From a virus, in IMG/VR virus record IMGVR_UViG_3300044693_000047, positions 1 through 38,050 of that record: a stretch of 38,050 bases of DNA. One strand, written 5' to 3'. Below are positions 7,357 to 16,247 of this stretch, in pieces; the first letter of the stretch is position 1; each line of letters starts with the position of its first letter. The translations under genes and the position numbers were made by a program. Below the pieces are notes generated by a model. It worked only from the letters and a program-made list of their open reading frames with translations. It did no database searches and had not been told where the DNA came from.

Positions 7357-8687
7357 AAGTCATACTCCATCGAGATTGCGAACCCCATCTTATGGAGCTC
7401 CGGTAAGCATTCTTCCAAATCGTTGCCGATGTCATTGCGAACCATCATGTTAGAGACGTTCACTTTCTTGATCACTTTGTCTACCGCTTCCTTGGCCTGC
7501 TTGACGGTTTCACCCATACCCGTCGCGACAAGTACATAGTTGCCGGATGTGGTGAAAACATCGGCTTCTACGACCCTTCCATCCTTCATGGAAGGGCCTT
7601 TCTCGATCTGCATACAGACAGGATGGATACGATCCCACCGGTGCGGTATCTCAATGGGCAAGTCCATGCATTCGGCTTCGTCGCAATCGTCACGCGGAAA
7701 GGGTGGAATCGCTACGACTTCACCAATACCAACGTCGTAAGAAACCTGTAGGGTGTCATGACCTTCTAAGAGATCCCGCATCCATTCCACGGGATCGCCC
7801 TTATGCAGGTCGGAGGCAATCCAGTCGTAAGGCCATCCGGGACGGCAGGTGAATTCAAGGGGGTAGATCTTTCCACTTCCTTTTTCGATGATGCAATTGA
7901 GGTCGATATCGCCGATATGGCCGATCTCGATCAAGTGTTTGACAAGTTCAGGCGTGAACAATTCATCGGCCATCTTTTCATCGCGGCAATACTGGATGAC
8001 CGTACCCATCTCTCCGGTGTTGGGTCCGTAATTTCCGGGCATGAGCTTCTTGTGCTCGAAATTGATGTTCCACTTATTCGGCAACGGACCCACCGGGCCA
8101 AACCAGCAAGAAACGCCCATTTCATAGCCATCGATTTTCTCCTGCAGCATCACCTGTCCTTTCGGGTTCAAACCGAGCTTGATCCATCTTTGGATGCGGC
8201 CAACCAGATCAGCTGGCGTTTTAGCCACATACGAAAGGCTCTTGTCCTCATTATCGCCCATGGTTTTGAATACATAGGCTTGATCTGATTTACGCGCAAA
8301 ATTCTCAGCCTCTTTGAGAGAATTGAAGGTGTGATAAGCAGGAACTAGAAGCCCCATCTTTTCAAGCAAGCGCATACCTTTTGCGCGCTTGATCTCTAGA
8401 TCTGCAGCGGCTTGTGAAGGCGCGAAGATGGGATATCCATGCTTTTTCCACTCGTCCATATCCTTGATGAACATCGCGTTGGACGATAGCCAGATGACGC
8501 CATCCTTGGCCCATTTCATAGAAGGCTTCCAATCATCGATATGCTGAATGCCCGGGAATCCTTTGCCATCCTTAAAGCTATTTCCCTCTTTGTCTCGGTT
8601 ATACCAGCGCACGTCATGACCTGCCTCGACACAGCGCCAAGCGAAATCCAGGCCGCAACGGTCTGTATCGATCAGGAGGACGCGCAT
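7353..8687 (-). CDS. PurD-like ATP-grasp ligase (phosphoribosylamine-glycine ligase family homologue)
   Basis: 444 aa. MRVLLIDTD..., ...HKKLMPGNYGPNTGEMGT... (compare PurD DHKR..GPNTGGMG), ...LEFTCRPGWPYDW... (compare EFNCRFGDPE), ...GNYVLVATGMGETVKQAKEAV...VRNDIG (compare GGRVL.VTA.G.T...A...YR.DIG). ATGA-coupled to the tail fibre gene. Confidence 0.8.
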   Translation of the reverse strand: MRVLLIDTDRCGLDFAWRCVEAGHDVRWYNRDKEGNSFKDGKGFPGIQHIDDWKPSMKWAKDGVIWLSSNAMFIKDMDEWKKHGYPIFAPSQAAADLEIKRAKGMRLLEKMGLLVPAYHTFNSLKEAENFARKSDQAYVFKTMGDNEDKSLSYVAKTPADLVGRIQRWIKLGLNPKGQVMLQEKIDGYEMGVSCWFGPVGPLPNKWNINFEHKKLMPGNYGPNTGEMGTVIQYCRDEKMADELFTPELVKHLIEIGHIGDIDLNCIIEKGSGKIYPLEFTCRPGWPYDWIASDLHKGDPVEWMRDLLEGHDTLQVSYDVGIGEVVAIPPFPRDDCDEAECMDLPIEIPHRWDRIHPVCMQIEKGPSMKDGRVVEADVFTTSGNYVLVATGMGETVKQAKEAVDKVIKKVNVSNMMVRNDIGNDLEECLPELHKMGFAISMEYDL

Positions 8688-8860
8688 TAGTGTTTCTTCG
8701 CCTTTTTGACGTGAAGCGGTAGTTTCTTGATTTTACGGCCTGCATCAGCCTTCACATACTCCTTAGCGACCTTTTGAGGAACACCGAGACGTTGCCCAAG
8801 TTTCTTGTCATGGGCTACCGCATGCATCATGCGGTTCTGAGCTTTCGATTTAGATGGCAT
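8687..8860 (-). CDS. small Lys-rich protein, DUF3008-like
   Basis: ATG 8860 is preceded by GGAGATCAGTAT. MPSKSKAQNRMMHAVAHDKKLGQRLGVPQKVAKEYVKADAGRKIKKLPLHVKKAKKH. The stop overlaps the ATP-grasp start (TAATG). The GTG-started upstream extension in the track looks non-coding. Confidence 0.7.
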   Translation of the reverse strand: MPSKSKAQNRMMHAVAHDKKLGQRLGVPQKVAKEYVKADAGRKIKKLPLHVKKAKKH

Positions 8861-8980
8861 ATACTGATCTCCATGCTGGAACGGTGCATTGCTTACATCA
8901 TCGTATTGCTGGTGCTGCATGGCATCCAGGCATTGCACATCTATGCATGGACCCACATGCGCGAATCCTTTCTGAAACGC

Positions 8981-10675
8981 TTACTGCTGCTGGACCTGCG
9001 GCGATGGTTGTGGCATTGGCTGCGGAGCAAATGCACGACCCACCAGAGCATTAGCCGGATTTCCTAAACGCTGCTGAGCCAGATTGGCCAGATAGTTTGA
9101 TACTGGGTTAGGACGGAGAGCCAGCGCCCTTTCCATCAGAAAACGGCTGGGGGCGCTATAGGCAGCATGCGCGGCCAAGCCAGGTACAAGCATGGCGGCA
9201 GTATCTAGGAGGCGTAGACGTTCCGCAGTGCCGCTATCTGGAACCTTCTGTGGCAAGACATTCTTGCCAGCATCGGCCCAATCCTGTAGCAGAGCATTGC
9301 CCTGGCTGAAACCACGCTTTTTGTAGCTGGAATCCTCGGCTCGAACAGCCGAACGAAGTTGCGCCGCAGTGAATTTACCTTCGTCCGCACCCACACGCGC
9401 CGCCGCATTTTCCACGCGAAGCATGCGGGCATGCGCCGCATCGGCATTCGCCAGTTCCTCGCCCATTTCCTTCGGGTTGCTGCGCTTCAGCATCGCTTTG
9501 ACATCGTTCTGGATGGACTGAAACGCCTTACCAAGCTGTCGATAGGCGGGATCGATCGATTGCTGAGCAGCACGAACCTCATTGCCAAGATTCGAGATTA
9601 CTTCCTTAACTTCCTTGCCACCGACCCATTGTCCCTTCCCAAGCTTCTGCAAAACATCCTCATCAACCGTCTGCATCAACTTGCGGGCCAGATTGTCCGG
9701 CAGCGTATTGATGTGACTGGTCAATGTGCCGGCGATCTTGTTGGTCAACGTGCTATCCACGCGGCCTTTCATCTGGCCAAGCACTTTGTCATAGGCTGAG
9801 GTAATCGCCTTACGTCCCTGCTCAATGGCGTCATAGCCCGCCTCGACACCCTTGCCTAGCTTGGCCCCAATCGGCTGCAGGGCTTTCTCCACACTAGCTA
9901 GGTTGAAATCCTCGATCGCGCGCCGCTGGGCATTGCGGATGGCCGAACCTACCACCGGAAGGCTCATAGCAGCGTCTTCAGCGCGTCGCGCCATGCCGCC
10001 AAGCATCTGACCAGGGGTGAGGCGCACTCCGGCCTCCAGGAGCGTCTTGGCTTCAGGAGAAGCTAGTCCCCGCATGACATTCGAGGTGGCAGCGCCAGCG
10101 CCCGGAATGGCCGTTCCGAGGCCGGCACCTACCAGCGTATTAGTGATGTGCTCCCCCTGCGAAGCATAAGGGGCGGCATAGCCCTGGGCGCCACCAGAAA
10201 GACCGCCAGCGATGAGCCTAGGAAGAAGAGCGGTACCTACCGTGCCAGCCGCGCCTGTCGCCTCCGGTGCAAGCAATGCGGCAGGTACCGCCTCTCCCAC
10301 ATAACCCAGGACATTGCCGGTTATCCCCGCTTTGGTGCGCATCAAGGCTTGATCTTGCTCACGCGCCTTCGCTACATCTTCCTTCGAAACCTTGCCGAGA
10401 ATTTGGCCCAAGCCTCGGCCAGTGTCATAGACGGCTTTGCCCGCGCCAGCGGCCAAACGCTCACCCATCGACATGCCGGCGACCATTTCATCCTGTTTCT
10501 TCTGATAAGCCGCCTCGAATTCCGGTGTCCCGGGTGCAAAACGCTTCTTAGCCAGCCAGGAATCGGGAACTTTGAAGCCTTTGGCCACCAATTTCTGCGC
10601 GAGTTGTTCCCGCGTCGTCCCATCCGGGACGCCCTTGATGACCGTACCATCCGGAAGAGTGACGTCCATGCTCAT
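8981..10675 (-). CDS. internal virion / ejection-type protein (564 aa)
   Basis: MSMDVTLPDGTVIKGVPDGTTREQLAQKLVAKGF... This is a large Ala/Gly-rich helical protein, third of three consecutive genes in the position of P22-type ejection proteins. ATGA-coupled upstream. Confidence 0.6.
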   Translation of the reverse strand: MSMDVTLPDGTVIKGVPDGTTREQLAQKLVAKGFKVPDSWLAKKRFAPGTPEFEAAYQKKQDEMVAGMSMGERLAAGAGKAVYDTGRGLGQILGKVSKEDVAKAREQDQALMRTKAGITGNVLGYVGEAVPAALLAPEATGAAGTVGTALLPRLIAGGLSGGAQGYAAPYASQGEHITNTLVGAGLGTAIPGAGAATSNVMRGLASPEAKTLLEAGVRLTPGQMLGGMARRAEDAAMSLPVVGSAIRNAQRRAIEDFNLASVEKALQPIGAKLGKGVEAGYDAIEQGRKAITSAYDKVLGQMKGRVDSTLTNKIAGTLTSHINTLPDNLARKLMQTVDEDVLQKLGKGQWVGGKEVKEVISNLGNEVRAAQQSIDPAYRQLGKAFQSIQNDVKAMLKRSNPKEMGEELANADAAHARMLRVENAAARVGADEGKFTAAQLRSAVRAEDSSYKKRGFSQGNALLQDWADAGKNVLPQKVPDSGTAERLRLLDTAAMLVPGLAAHAAYSAPSRFLMERALALRPNPVSNYLANLAQQRLGNPANALVGRAFAPQPMPQPSPQVQQQ

Positions 10676-12054
10676 TGCAGGTCATCCCAATGTACGGTTT
10701 TGGCTTGCGAAGTACCCGAATCAGACTTCTTGCCTGTATCTCGAATGCGACCTTCCGTTTCCTCGGCCTGCTCGCGGAAGGATTGAACACGGTTAGCCAT
10801 TTCCTTCTTCAGGATGTCCACATTGGATCGGTATTGTTCCGGTGTCATGGAGGTATCCAGAAGCTCGTGCGCACGTTGCCGTGCCGAATCCGTCGCCGCC
10901 GCACCTCCCGTGGATCCCGTCATGACCTTGGCATATTCCTCCACAAAGGAATTGTTGGCCGCATCGAAATTGGCTGCTTCCACCGATCCAGTACCACGAC
11001 GACCTGCCTGAAGCCATTTATTGAAGACCGGAACCCCAGTTCGATCCATCTTCTCAGAGGCAGAAAGCGCCAGATCGGCATTCTTGAGTGCGGTCTTCTC
11101 AAAATTCTCGCCGGCCGTCTGTTGTTTGCGGAGCTGAAGCAAAGCCGATGCATCCGCTTTATTGGCGATTTGTTGAACGCGCTGTTCGGTTGGATCTTTT
11201 CCGGACGCCATCTTGGCGGCGCGGTTAAGAATCTCAGTACGAAGATTCATCCCGGCTTTACCCATCCCCATCGGAGGAAGGGTCCCGTCCAGGTTATAAC
11301 GCGCCGCAGCATTATTGATGGCGTCATCCGAAAGATCTTGGCCGCCACCCGCCTGATCCTTGCCAGCCTCTCGACGCTCCCTAGCTCCTTCAATGCCAAC
11401 GCGCTGCTCTTCTAGACCAAGGCGTGCCTCACTTAGCTTTAGCTGTGCGCTCTGATAGGCCTCCTTCTCGGCACGGTCTTCCTTCTTACCGACGAGGTTC
11501 TGTGCATCCTTATAGGAAAGGCTATTCGCCCGCACTCGTACTGGATCGAAGTTCTGAGGCACTTGCGATTTCATGGCGTCTGAGACGTATCCGCCCGCAA
11601 AAAGGCTATCCAGGCCTTCTGAATAGATTTTCTGGGCGATATCTCGCGCCTGTTGGGGGCTTTTGCCGGATGCCAGAGCTTCGTCATAGGCATTCAGAGC
11701 CGGATCGCGCACCATCGTTTGGATGTTCTTTTGAGCCTGCAGACCAGCTTCTGCTTGGTCTTTACTGGTGATCGCCAGTTTTTCATCGATGGCCGCTTTT
11801 TGTGCGGTCATGCTCTGTGCTGCCTGAGGCGAAACACGGGCGATTTTGAGCATGGCCTGAGCATTAGGCATGCCATCAGGCCCAAGATTGGACGGATCGC
11901 TGTAGATCGCGGCTAGCGAGTTCTGGACGGCGCGCTGCTGCTGCATCTGCTGCGCTTGCTGACGCATCTGCATCATCTGCGCGATGGAATTCAGGGTAAT
12001 CGGCTGTGGCGGTCCCTGGACCCCGGAAAGCACGATGGACGGATCGATGGGCAT
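10672..12054 (-). CDS. internal virion / ejection-type protein (460 aa)
   Basis: MPIDPSIVLSGVQGPPQPITLNSIAQMMQMRQQAQQMQQQ... is Gln/Ala-rich and helical. Assignment is by position between the connector genes and the tail fibres. Confidence 0.6.
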   Translation of the reverse strand: MPIDPSIVLSGVQGPPQPITLNSIAQMMQMRQQAQQMQQQRAVQNSLAAIYSDPSNLGPDGMPNAQAMLKIARVSPQAAQSMTAQKAAIDEKLAITSKDQAEAGLQAQKNIQTMVRDPALNAYDEALASGKSPQQARDIAQKIYSEGLDSLFAGGYVSDAMKSQVPQNFDPVRVRANSLSYKDAQNLVGKKEDRAEKEAYQSAQLKLSEARLGLEEQRVGIEGARERREAGKDQAGGGQDLSDDAINNAAARYNLDGTLPPMGMGKAGMNLRTEILNRAAKMASGKDPTEQRVQQIANKADASALLQLRKQQTAGENFEKTALKNADLALSASEKMDRTGVPVFNKWLQAGRRGTGSVEAANFDAANNSFVEEYAKVMTGSTGGAAATDSARQRAHELLDTSMTPEQYRSNVDILKKEMANRVQSFREQAEETEGRIRDTGKKSDSGTSQAKTVHWDDLQ

Positions 12055-12056
12055 CG

Positions 12057-12794
12057 CTAGACCCCTGTGATACCGGACGGTGCGAAGCTTTGTGTGTAAT
12101 CGGGCGTATAGGCGCTACTGGGAATGTTCGGCATGCCTCCTCCGCCACCAAAGCCGCCCTGCATCTGATACATCAGACCGAGATTGCCAAGGCTTCCAAG
12201 TGTGTTCCCCATGGTATTGCCGGCGGCCACTTGACCAGCTGCCCTGGCATTACCTGCGCCAGTGATGTTGTTGCCGATGGCATTGGCGGTATTGGCACCA
12301 ATCCCAGCCACTTGTCCAGCAGCATTTGCCCCCGTATTCGAGATGCCCGAATACATGTTGTAGACTTGGTTCTGCCAGTTCGTATAGGCATTCAGGGCGT
12401 TGTAGTAGTCCTGATTGGCGAGGCCCTGGCCATAGCTCATCAGAGCTTTCATGGTATTGCCGGAATTGACGCCACCGGTGGCGGCTGCCGAATTCTGGAT
12501 GGCATTGATGCCTTGGCCAAGCTGCCATTGATACCCAGGCGATTGCTGGAATTGCTGCGCTCCGAATTGCTGGGTCAGCGTCGGCATCATGCCCTGAAGG
12601 GTACTTAATGCCGATCCGCCCGCATTGGTCCATGGCGATAGACGCTGGACGTTCTGGTTGTACATGTCCAGTTGGGCTTGAGTGGCCGCATTGGCCGCAT
12701 TGGCCTGCGTTTGAGCGGCGTCTTGAGCGCCTTGGCCGGACATCACCCCGCCAACAATGGAACCGACTGCTGCTGCTGCAAAGCCCCAGGGCAT
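12057..12794 (-). CDS. internal virion / DNA-transfer-type protein (245 aa), Gly/Ala/Asn/Gln-rich
   Basis: Strong RBS GAGGTGAGA before ATG 12794. MPWGFAAAAVGSIVGGVMSGQGAQDAAQTQANAANA... has a hydrophobic N-terminus followed by a low-complexity region. Confidence 0.6.
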   Translation of the reverse strand: MPWGFAAAAVGSIVGGVMSGQGAQDAAQTQANAANAATQAQLDMYNQNVQRLSPWTNAGGSALSTLQGMMPTLTQQFGAQQFQQSPGYQWQLGQGINAIQNSAAATGGVNSGNTMKALMSYGQGLANQDYYNALNAYTNWQNQVYNMYSGISNTGANAAGQVAGIGANTANAIGNNITGAGNARAAGQVAAGNTMGNTLGSLGNLGLMYQMQGGFGGGGGMPNIPSSAYTPDYTQSFAPSGITGV

Positions 12795-12802
12795 GTCTCA
12801 CC

Positions 12803-13009
12803 TCATCCGGCATCGGCCCCAGCCATGATTCGCCGGAGCTTGATCATCTCAAGCGCTTCTTGCGCACACTGCTCCCGCGTCAAAATCGTGTGTTCTTTGG
12901 TCCCCGCGCCAGGGTGAAATTGCATGGATCGAACGGACGCGAAATACATGTCGAAGGTGATCAGTTCCTCTGGACGGATAGAGTCACTCGAATTCGACAC
13001 GATGAGCAC
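12803..13009 (-). CDS. small hypothetical protein (start uncertain: 13009 GTG, 13000 GTG or 12949 ATG)
   Basis: This is the only ORF filling the 180-nt gap between the hydroxylase and the next virion gene. ...MYFASVRSMQFHPGAGTKEHTILTREQCAQEALEMIKLRRIMAGADAG. Confidence 0.45.
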   Translation of the reverse strand: MLIVSNSSDSIRPEELITFDMYFASVRSMQFHPGAGTKEHTILTREQCAQEALEMIKLRRIMAGADAG

Positions 13010-13562
13010 CCTTTATGCACACGATGAGCGACATTCTGTCCTCTTTCGACGAATTTGTCACCCAGTGTTCACGGGAGTTATCGAAGGTATAAACCTGACC
13101 TGGAAGGGCAGAAAGGCTATAGCCGCGAAAGCAGAAGGCTTGTTCAGGATTGCCCATCAACTGAATACAGAATTTGTCGTAGTAGCGAGCATGCCAGCCT
13201 TGATCAATATGGGGATCAACCTGTCCCCCGGCCGGTATTCGGGTGATGAGGACGCCTCCCAGGCGTTCGCCGCGTACCTCGCCCATCAGATCCATGACCA
13301 ACTCCACGACAGCGGGAATCTTTTCAGTGCCCGGATACCACACAGAGTCATGTTCGTCGGCGAAAAACGACCGATCTCCGGTGTACTTCGAGAAGTCGTT
13401 ATAGCGGACCCAAATATCGTCGATGGTCCGATGGGGCGTTCCGTAACCGTGGGTACGATGGGTGTGCTGATTCCATAGCTCAGGGTGAGCGGCCAATTGC
13501 GCCAAAGCATGCTCCACGTGGAACGTGGCTTTGAGCATACGGATAGGAGGATGTTCAGCCAT
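12984..13562 (-). CDS. aspartyl/asparaginyl beta-hydroxylase-family cupin (Fe(II)/2-oxoglutarate oxygenase type)
   Basis: ATG 13562 (or GTG 13565) overlaps the upstream stop. ...VLITRIPAGGQVDPHIDQGWHARYYDKFCIQL...GQVYTFDNSREHWVTNSS...RMSLIV shows a His-x-Asp...His facial triad in a jelly-roll context typical of the Asp_Arg_Hydrox/LpxO-like family. Confidence 0.7.
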   Translation of the reverse strand: MAEHPPIRMLKATFHVEHALAQLAAHPELWNQHTHRTHGYGTPHRTIDDIWVRYNDFSKYTGDRSFFADEHDSVWYPGTEKIPAVVELVMDLMGEVRGERLGGVLITRIPAGGQVDPHIDQGWHARYYDKFCIQLMGNPEQAFCFRGYSLSALPGQVYTFDNSREHWVTNSSKEDRMSLIVCIKGAHRVEFE

Positions 13563-15510
13563 CACCGATGGATGCTCCGACTAGGCAGGTCTGGATCATC
13601 ATTTCGCTCGAAATCTCGAAGATGCGATCCAATCCACGATTCCGGCGAGTAGATCCAATACGTCGCCACATGACGCGGTAGGCCGTTTCACCGGTAGCCC
13701 CGGAAGAAGACTGCATTTCATTCGACCAGCTATGACCGCCATCGTCCGACCATTTCAGGATGACCGGGCTGGAAGTTGGCGAGGCCACCACAAGTAGTGC
13801 TTGGGTCGCTAGGGAGGAAAATCCTAGCCAAGTACCCGGGTTGAGGGTTACGCCACCGGTGTTGTATCCGGTGATGCCATAGCGATGGATCGGTACCGGC
13901 GAGTAAGGAGCGTTGTAGTACACGCCGCCGCCTTGCACGCTGTCCGATGACATGTATGCGCCGAAGGTTACTGCCGATGACTTGGTGATGAATTGCTTAA
14001 GCTGTGCGCCATTGAAGCCGTATTGAGGCTCTACCTCGACAAAGGCACCAAACGCATTCGTAGTCGCCGAGCCCGTGTAATTCAGGCTGATGAAGCCCGC
14101 ATTGTCTACGGTAATCTGAAGAGGGAACGTATTGGAACCATAGGTTCCGGTGAAACTTTGAGAGCTGTTGTAGCCCATCGCATACCGATAGACATTAGAA
14201 CCTAGCGTGATAACCACATTGCATGTACCTAGGGCAAAGGGATCGGCTTGATTAGTGATCTTGGTAGCCGTTCCTACCGCCACACCGGTTTGCATATCTA
14301 CCTTGAGTGACTGCAAACGAATCGGTTCCTGCATGGGCTTCTTCAATGCCCTCCATCGACGCATCCACCGCTTAGGATTCGACGGCGGTGTCGTCGCCAA
14401 ATCGTTCGTGGGATACGTAAGGTCAAGCACAGAAAGGCGCTGATTCGTCGAAGAACCGACCACATGCTGTTTATTGAAGAAGGCATAACAGGATGGGTCC
14501 CAGCGGTTGTAAGACCCATTGATGAATTCGCCTCGCTCATGCCATAGCCCAATGGTCATGTCATAGACCCAGGTGGCATTGCCGGAAGGGAAAGTGAGCA
14601 CGTAGAACACATGTCCGGCTTGCGTGTAGCAGAAACCAATGGCATCGGCGATACCAATGGAACTCATGGCTAGGTAGCTTTGAATCTGATACTCGATGGC
14701 ATGCGTCGAAATGCGTTGTTCCGAGTAGCCATTATTGACGTAAGCCTGAAGAGATCCCTCATCAGACTGACCTAGCCAAAAGATGTGATCTTCACTGGTA
14801 GCCACCGAGAAGGGGGCGACGCAGCCCACATTCACATACGCCCCCTCCATGCGCTGAAAGGCAAAACCATTGAGGCCAGCGTTATTCCAAATCTCAATGG
14901 CGTTTTCTTTCAGCACCCAAAGCTGACGAAACAGCGTAAAGATCGCTTGAATGTTGGTTGCATTCGAATCAGCACTGGAAAAGTTGAGTGGATCCCAAGT
15001 CGTCAAATCATTGAGATTCGACTGGTAGAACTGGTTCGTGCCAGCGATGCCTACTATGCCGAAACCATCCTGTTCGCAGGCGATCAACGGAAAGTTAGGA
15101 ATGGTCGTGATCTGTGCCCAAGCACTCCCGCTCCATGACCATCCCTGGAAGCCATCGAACACGGCATACTGTCTTCCATTGTCGATGATCGAGACAGGTC
15201 CCGATGCAGTATTCAAGTGACCAAGGGGTGTTACAACACCATTGATGTCGATTTGGACGACTTGATTGCCGAAAACCGCGACAAGTTTGTTATTGGCAGT
15301 TTTATGGATGCCGCGCATAGGGCCCGATACTGCACCGGAACCGCTATTTGTGAGTACCTGTAGAAGCTTCTGGCCTGGCGTGGAGTAGAAACCGCCTACC
15401 TGCTTACCCTGTTTCGTCTCGACGACTTCAGGGTACAGGTTCATGCATCGATCATCAGCTAGATTCGATGAGAAGGATTGGTAGGTACCGCCGAGAAAAG
15501 GCGTTTCCAT
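13555..15510 (-). CDS. P22 gp10-like tail hub / packaged-DNA stabilisation protein (651 aa)
   Basis: The N-terminus METPFLGGTYQSFSSNLADDRCMNLYPEVVETKQGKQVGGFYSTPGQKLL matches the characteristic start of the phage stabilisation (gp10) family. It follows the gp4-like gene. Confidence 0.7.
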   Translation of the reverse strand: METPFLGGTYQSFSSNLADDRCMNLYPEVVETKQGKQVGGFYSTPGQKLLQVLTNSGSGAVSGPMRGIHKTANNKLVAVFGNQVVQIDINGVVTPLGHLNTASGPVSIIDNGRQYAVFDGFQGWSWSGSAWAQITTIPNFPLIACEQDGFGIVGIAGTNQFYQSNLNDLTTWDPLNFSSADSNATNIQAIFTLFRQLWVLKENAIEIWNNAGLNGFAFQRMEGAYVNVGCVAPFSVATSEDHIFWLGQSDEGSLQAYVNNGYSEQRISTHAIEYQIQSYLAMSSIGIADAIGFCYTQAGHVFYVLTFPSGNATWVYDMTIGLWHERGEFINGSYNRWDPSCYAFFNKQHVVGSSTNQRLSVLDLTYPTNDLATTPPSNPKRWMRRWRALKKPMQEPIRLQSLKVDMQTGVAVGTATKITNQADPFALGTCNVVITLGSNVYRYAMGYNSSQSFTGTYGSNTFPLQITVDNAGFISLNYTGSATTNAFGAFVEVEPQYGFNGAQLKQFITKSSAVTFGAYMSSDSVQGGGVYYNAPYSPVPIHRYGITGYNTGGVTLNPGTWLGFSSLATQALLVVASPTSSPVILKWSDDGGHSWSNEMQSSSGATGETAYRVMWRRIGSTRRNRGLDRIFEISSEMMIQTCLVGASIGDG

Positions 15511-15512
15511 GC

Positions 15513-16244
15513 TTAGCGTCCCGCAGTGGAATCGCGATAGATGTTGTAGGTAGGCGTCGCTCGGCTGACGATTTCCGGATCGTAATTGGCTATGTTCTCG
15601 CGAATATTGGTGCGCTTGATGTTGCCAAGCGTCTTAGAGGCCAGCTCGCGCACATCCGGATCAAGCTGCGCATCGCGGAAGAACGGCTTCATCCACACCG
15701 CAAGGTTGCTGAAGATCGCAGCCTCATAGCCAGGCGGAAGATTGAGCGTCGCCGTCAAATTAGCGAAGTCGGTGAGCTGTAGGTAGGCATCGAAGTACAG
15801 CGTATTGCCCTGATTGGGAGTGGGAAAGACGTTGATGATGCCAAGCGGGAATTGGGGGTCGTAGAAGATCGTATCCGGGATATTCGATGTATTGGTTAGC
15901 AATCCAATCATGTTCCATCGATCGCGTGGGATCACCTCCACTGGATAGCGGTTCTGATTCTGATCCATGATGTACGCCGCAACAGGACCTTCAATGATCT
16001 TCAGCGGGCGGGTTCCATTCCATGTACCGCCAGGACCAATGGTGTACTGATTCACGCCTACTTGTAGCGGGTAATTCTGCTCCTGAATGGCATAGCAGAT
16101 GAGCGATTCATTCGACCACGAATCCATCATCGCATTCAAAAGCTGCAGGCCACGCTCAGCGTCCGCATCCGTCATGGTTTCGCCTGGCGCATACACGCCA
16201 AGCTGTTCAAGCGCTGTCTGGATAAGACTCTGAGCGGTGGCCAT
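15513..16244 (-). CDS. P22 gp4-like head-to-tail adaptor / tail accessory factor (243 aa)
   Basis: GGAGAA RBS. MATAQSLIQTALEQLGVYAPGETMTDADAERGLQLLNAMMDSWSNE... follows the gp4-type N-terminal pattern (L..AL..LGV...G..L...D.......L..MM..W). Confidence 0.65.
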   Translation of the reverse strand: MATAQSLIQTALEQLGVYAPGETMTDADAERGLQLLNAMMDSWSNESLICYAIQEQNYPLQVGVNQYTIGPGGTWNGTRPLKIIEGPVAAYIMDQNQNRYPVEVIPRDRWNMIGLLTNTSNIPDTIFYDPQFPLGIINVFPTPNQGNTLYFDAYLQLTDFANLTATLNLPPGYEAAIFSNLAVWMKPFFRDAQLDPDVRELASKTLGNIKRTNIRENIANYDPEIVSRATPTYNIYRDSTAGR

Positions 16245-16247
16245 GGC

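Noticed and set aside
8861-8980. 120-nt gap between the 564-aa internal protein and the DUF3008-like gene, rich in ATGC/TGCA and with a GGCAT direct repeat. I considered it as a hairpin or promoter.
   Set aside because: I could not build a stem longer than about 4-5 bp or a convincing -35/-10 pair. It may simply be a spacer or the remnant of an N-terminal extension (GTG 8956).
10148-12813. Numerous long ORFs in other frames and strands across the ejection-protein genes (for example 10148..10786 +, 10675..11415 +, 12006..12608 +, 12250..12813 -).
   Set aside because: They overlap three contiguous overlap-coupled minus-strand genes. Their products are Arg/Cys/His-rich low-plausibility sequences typical of off-frame translation of GC-rich coding DNA.
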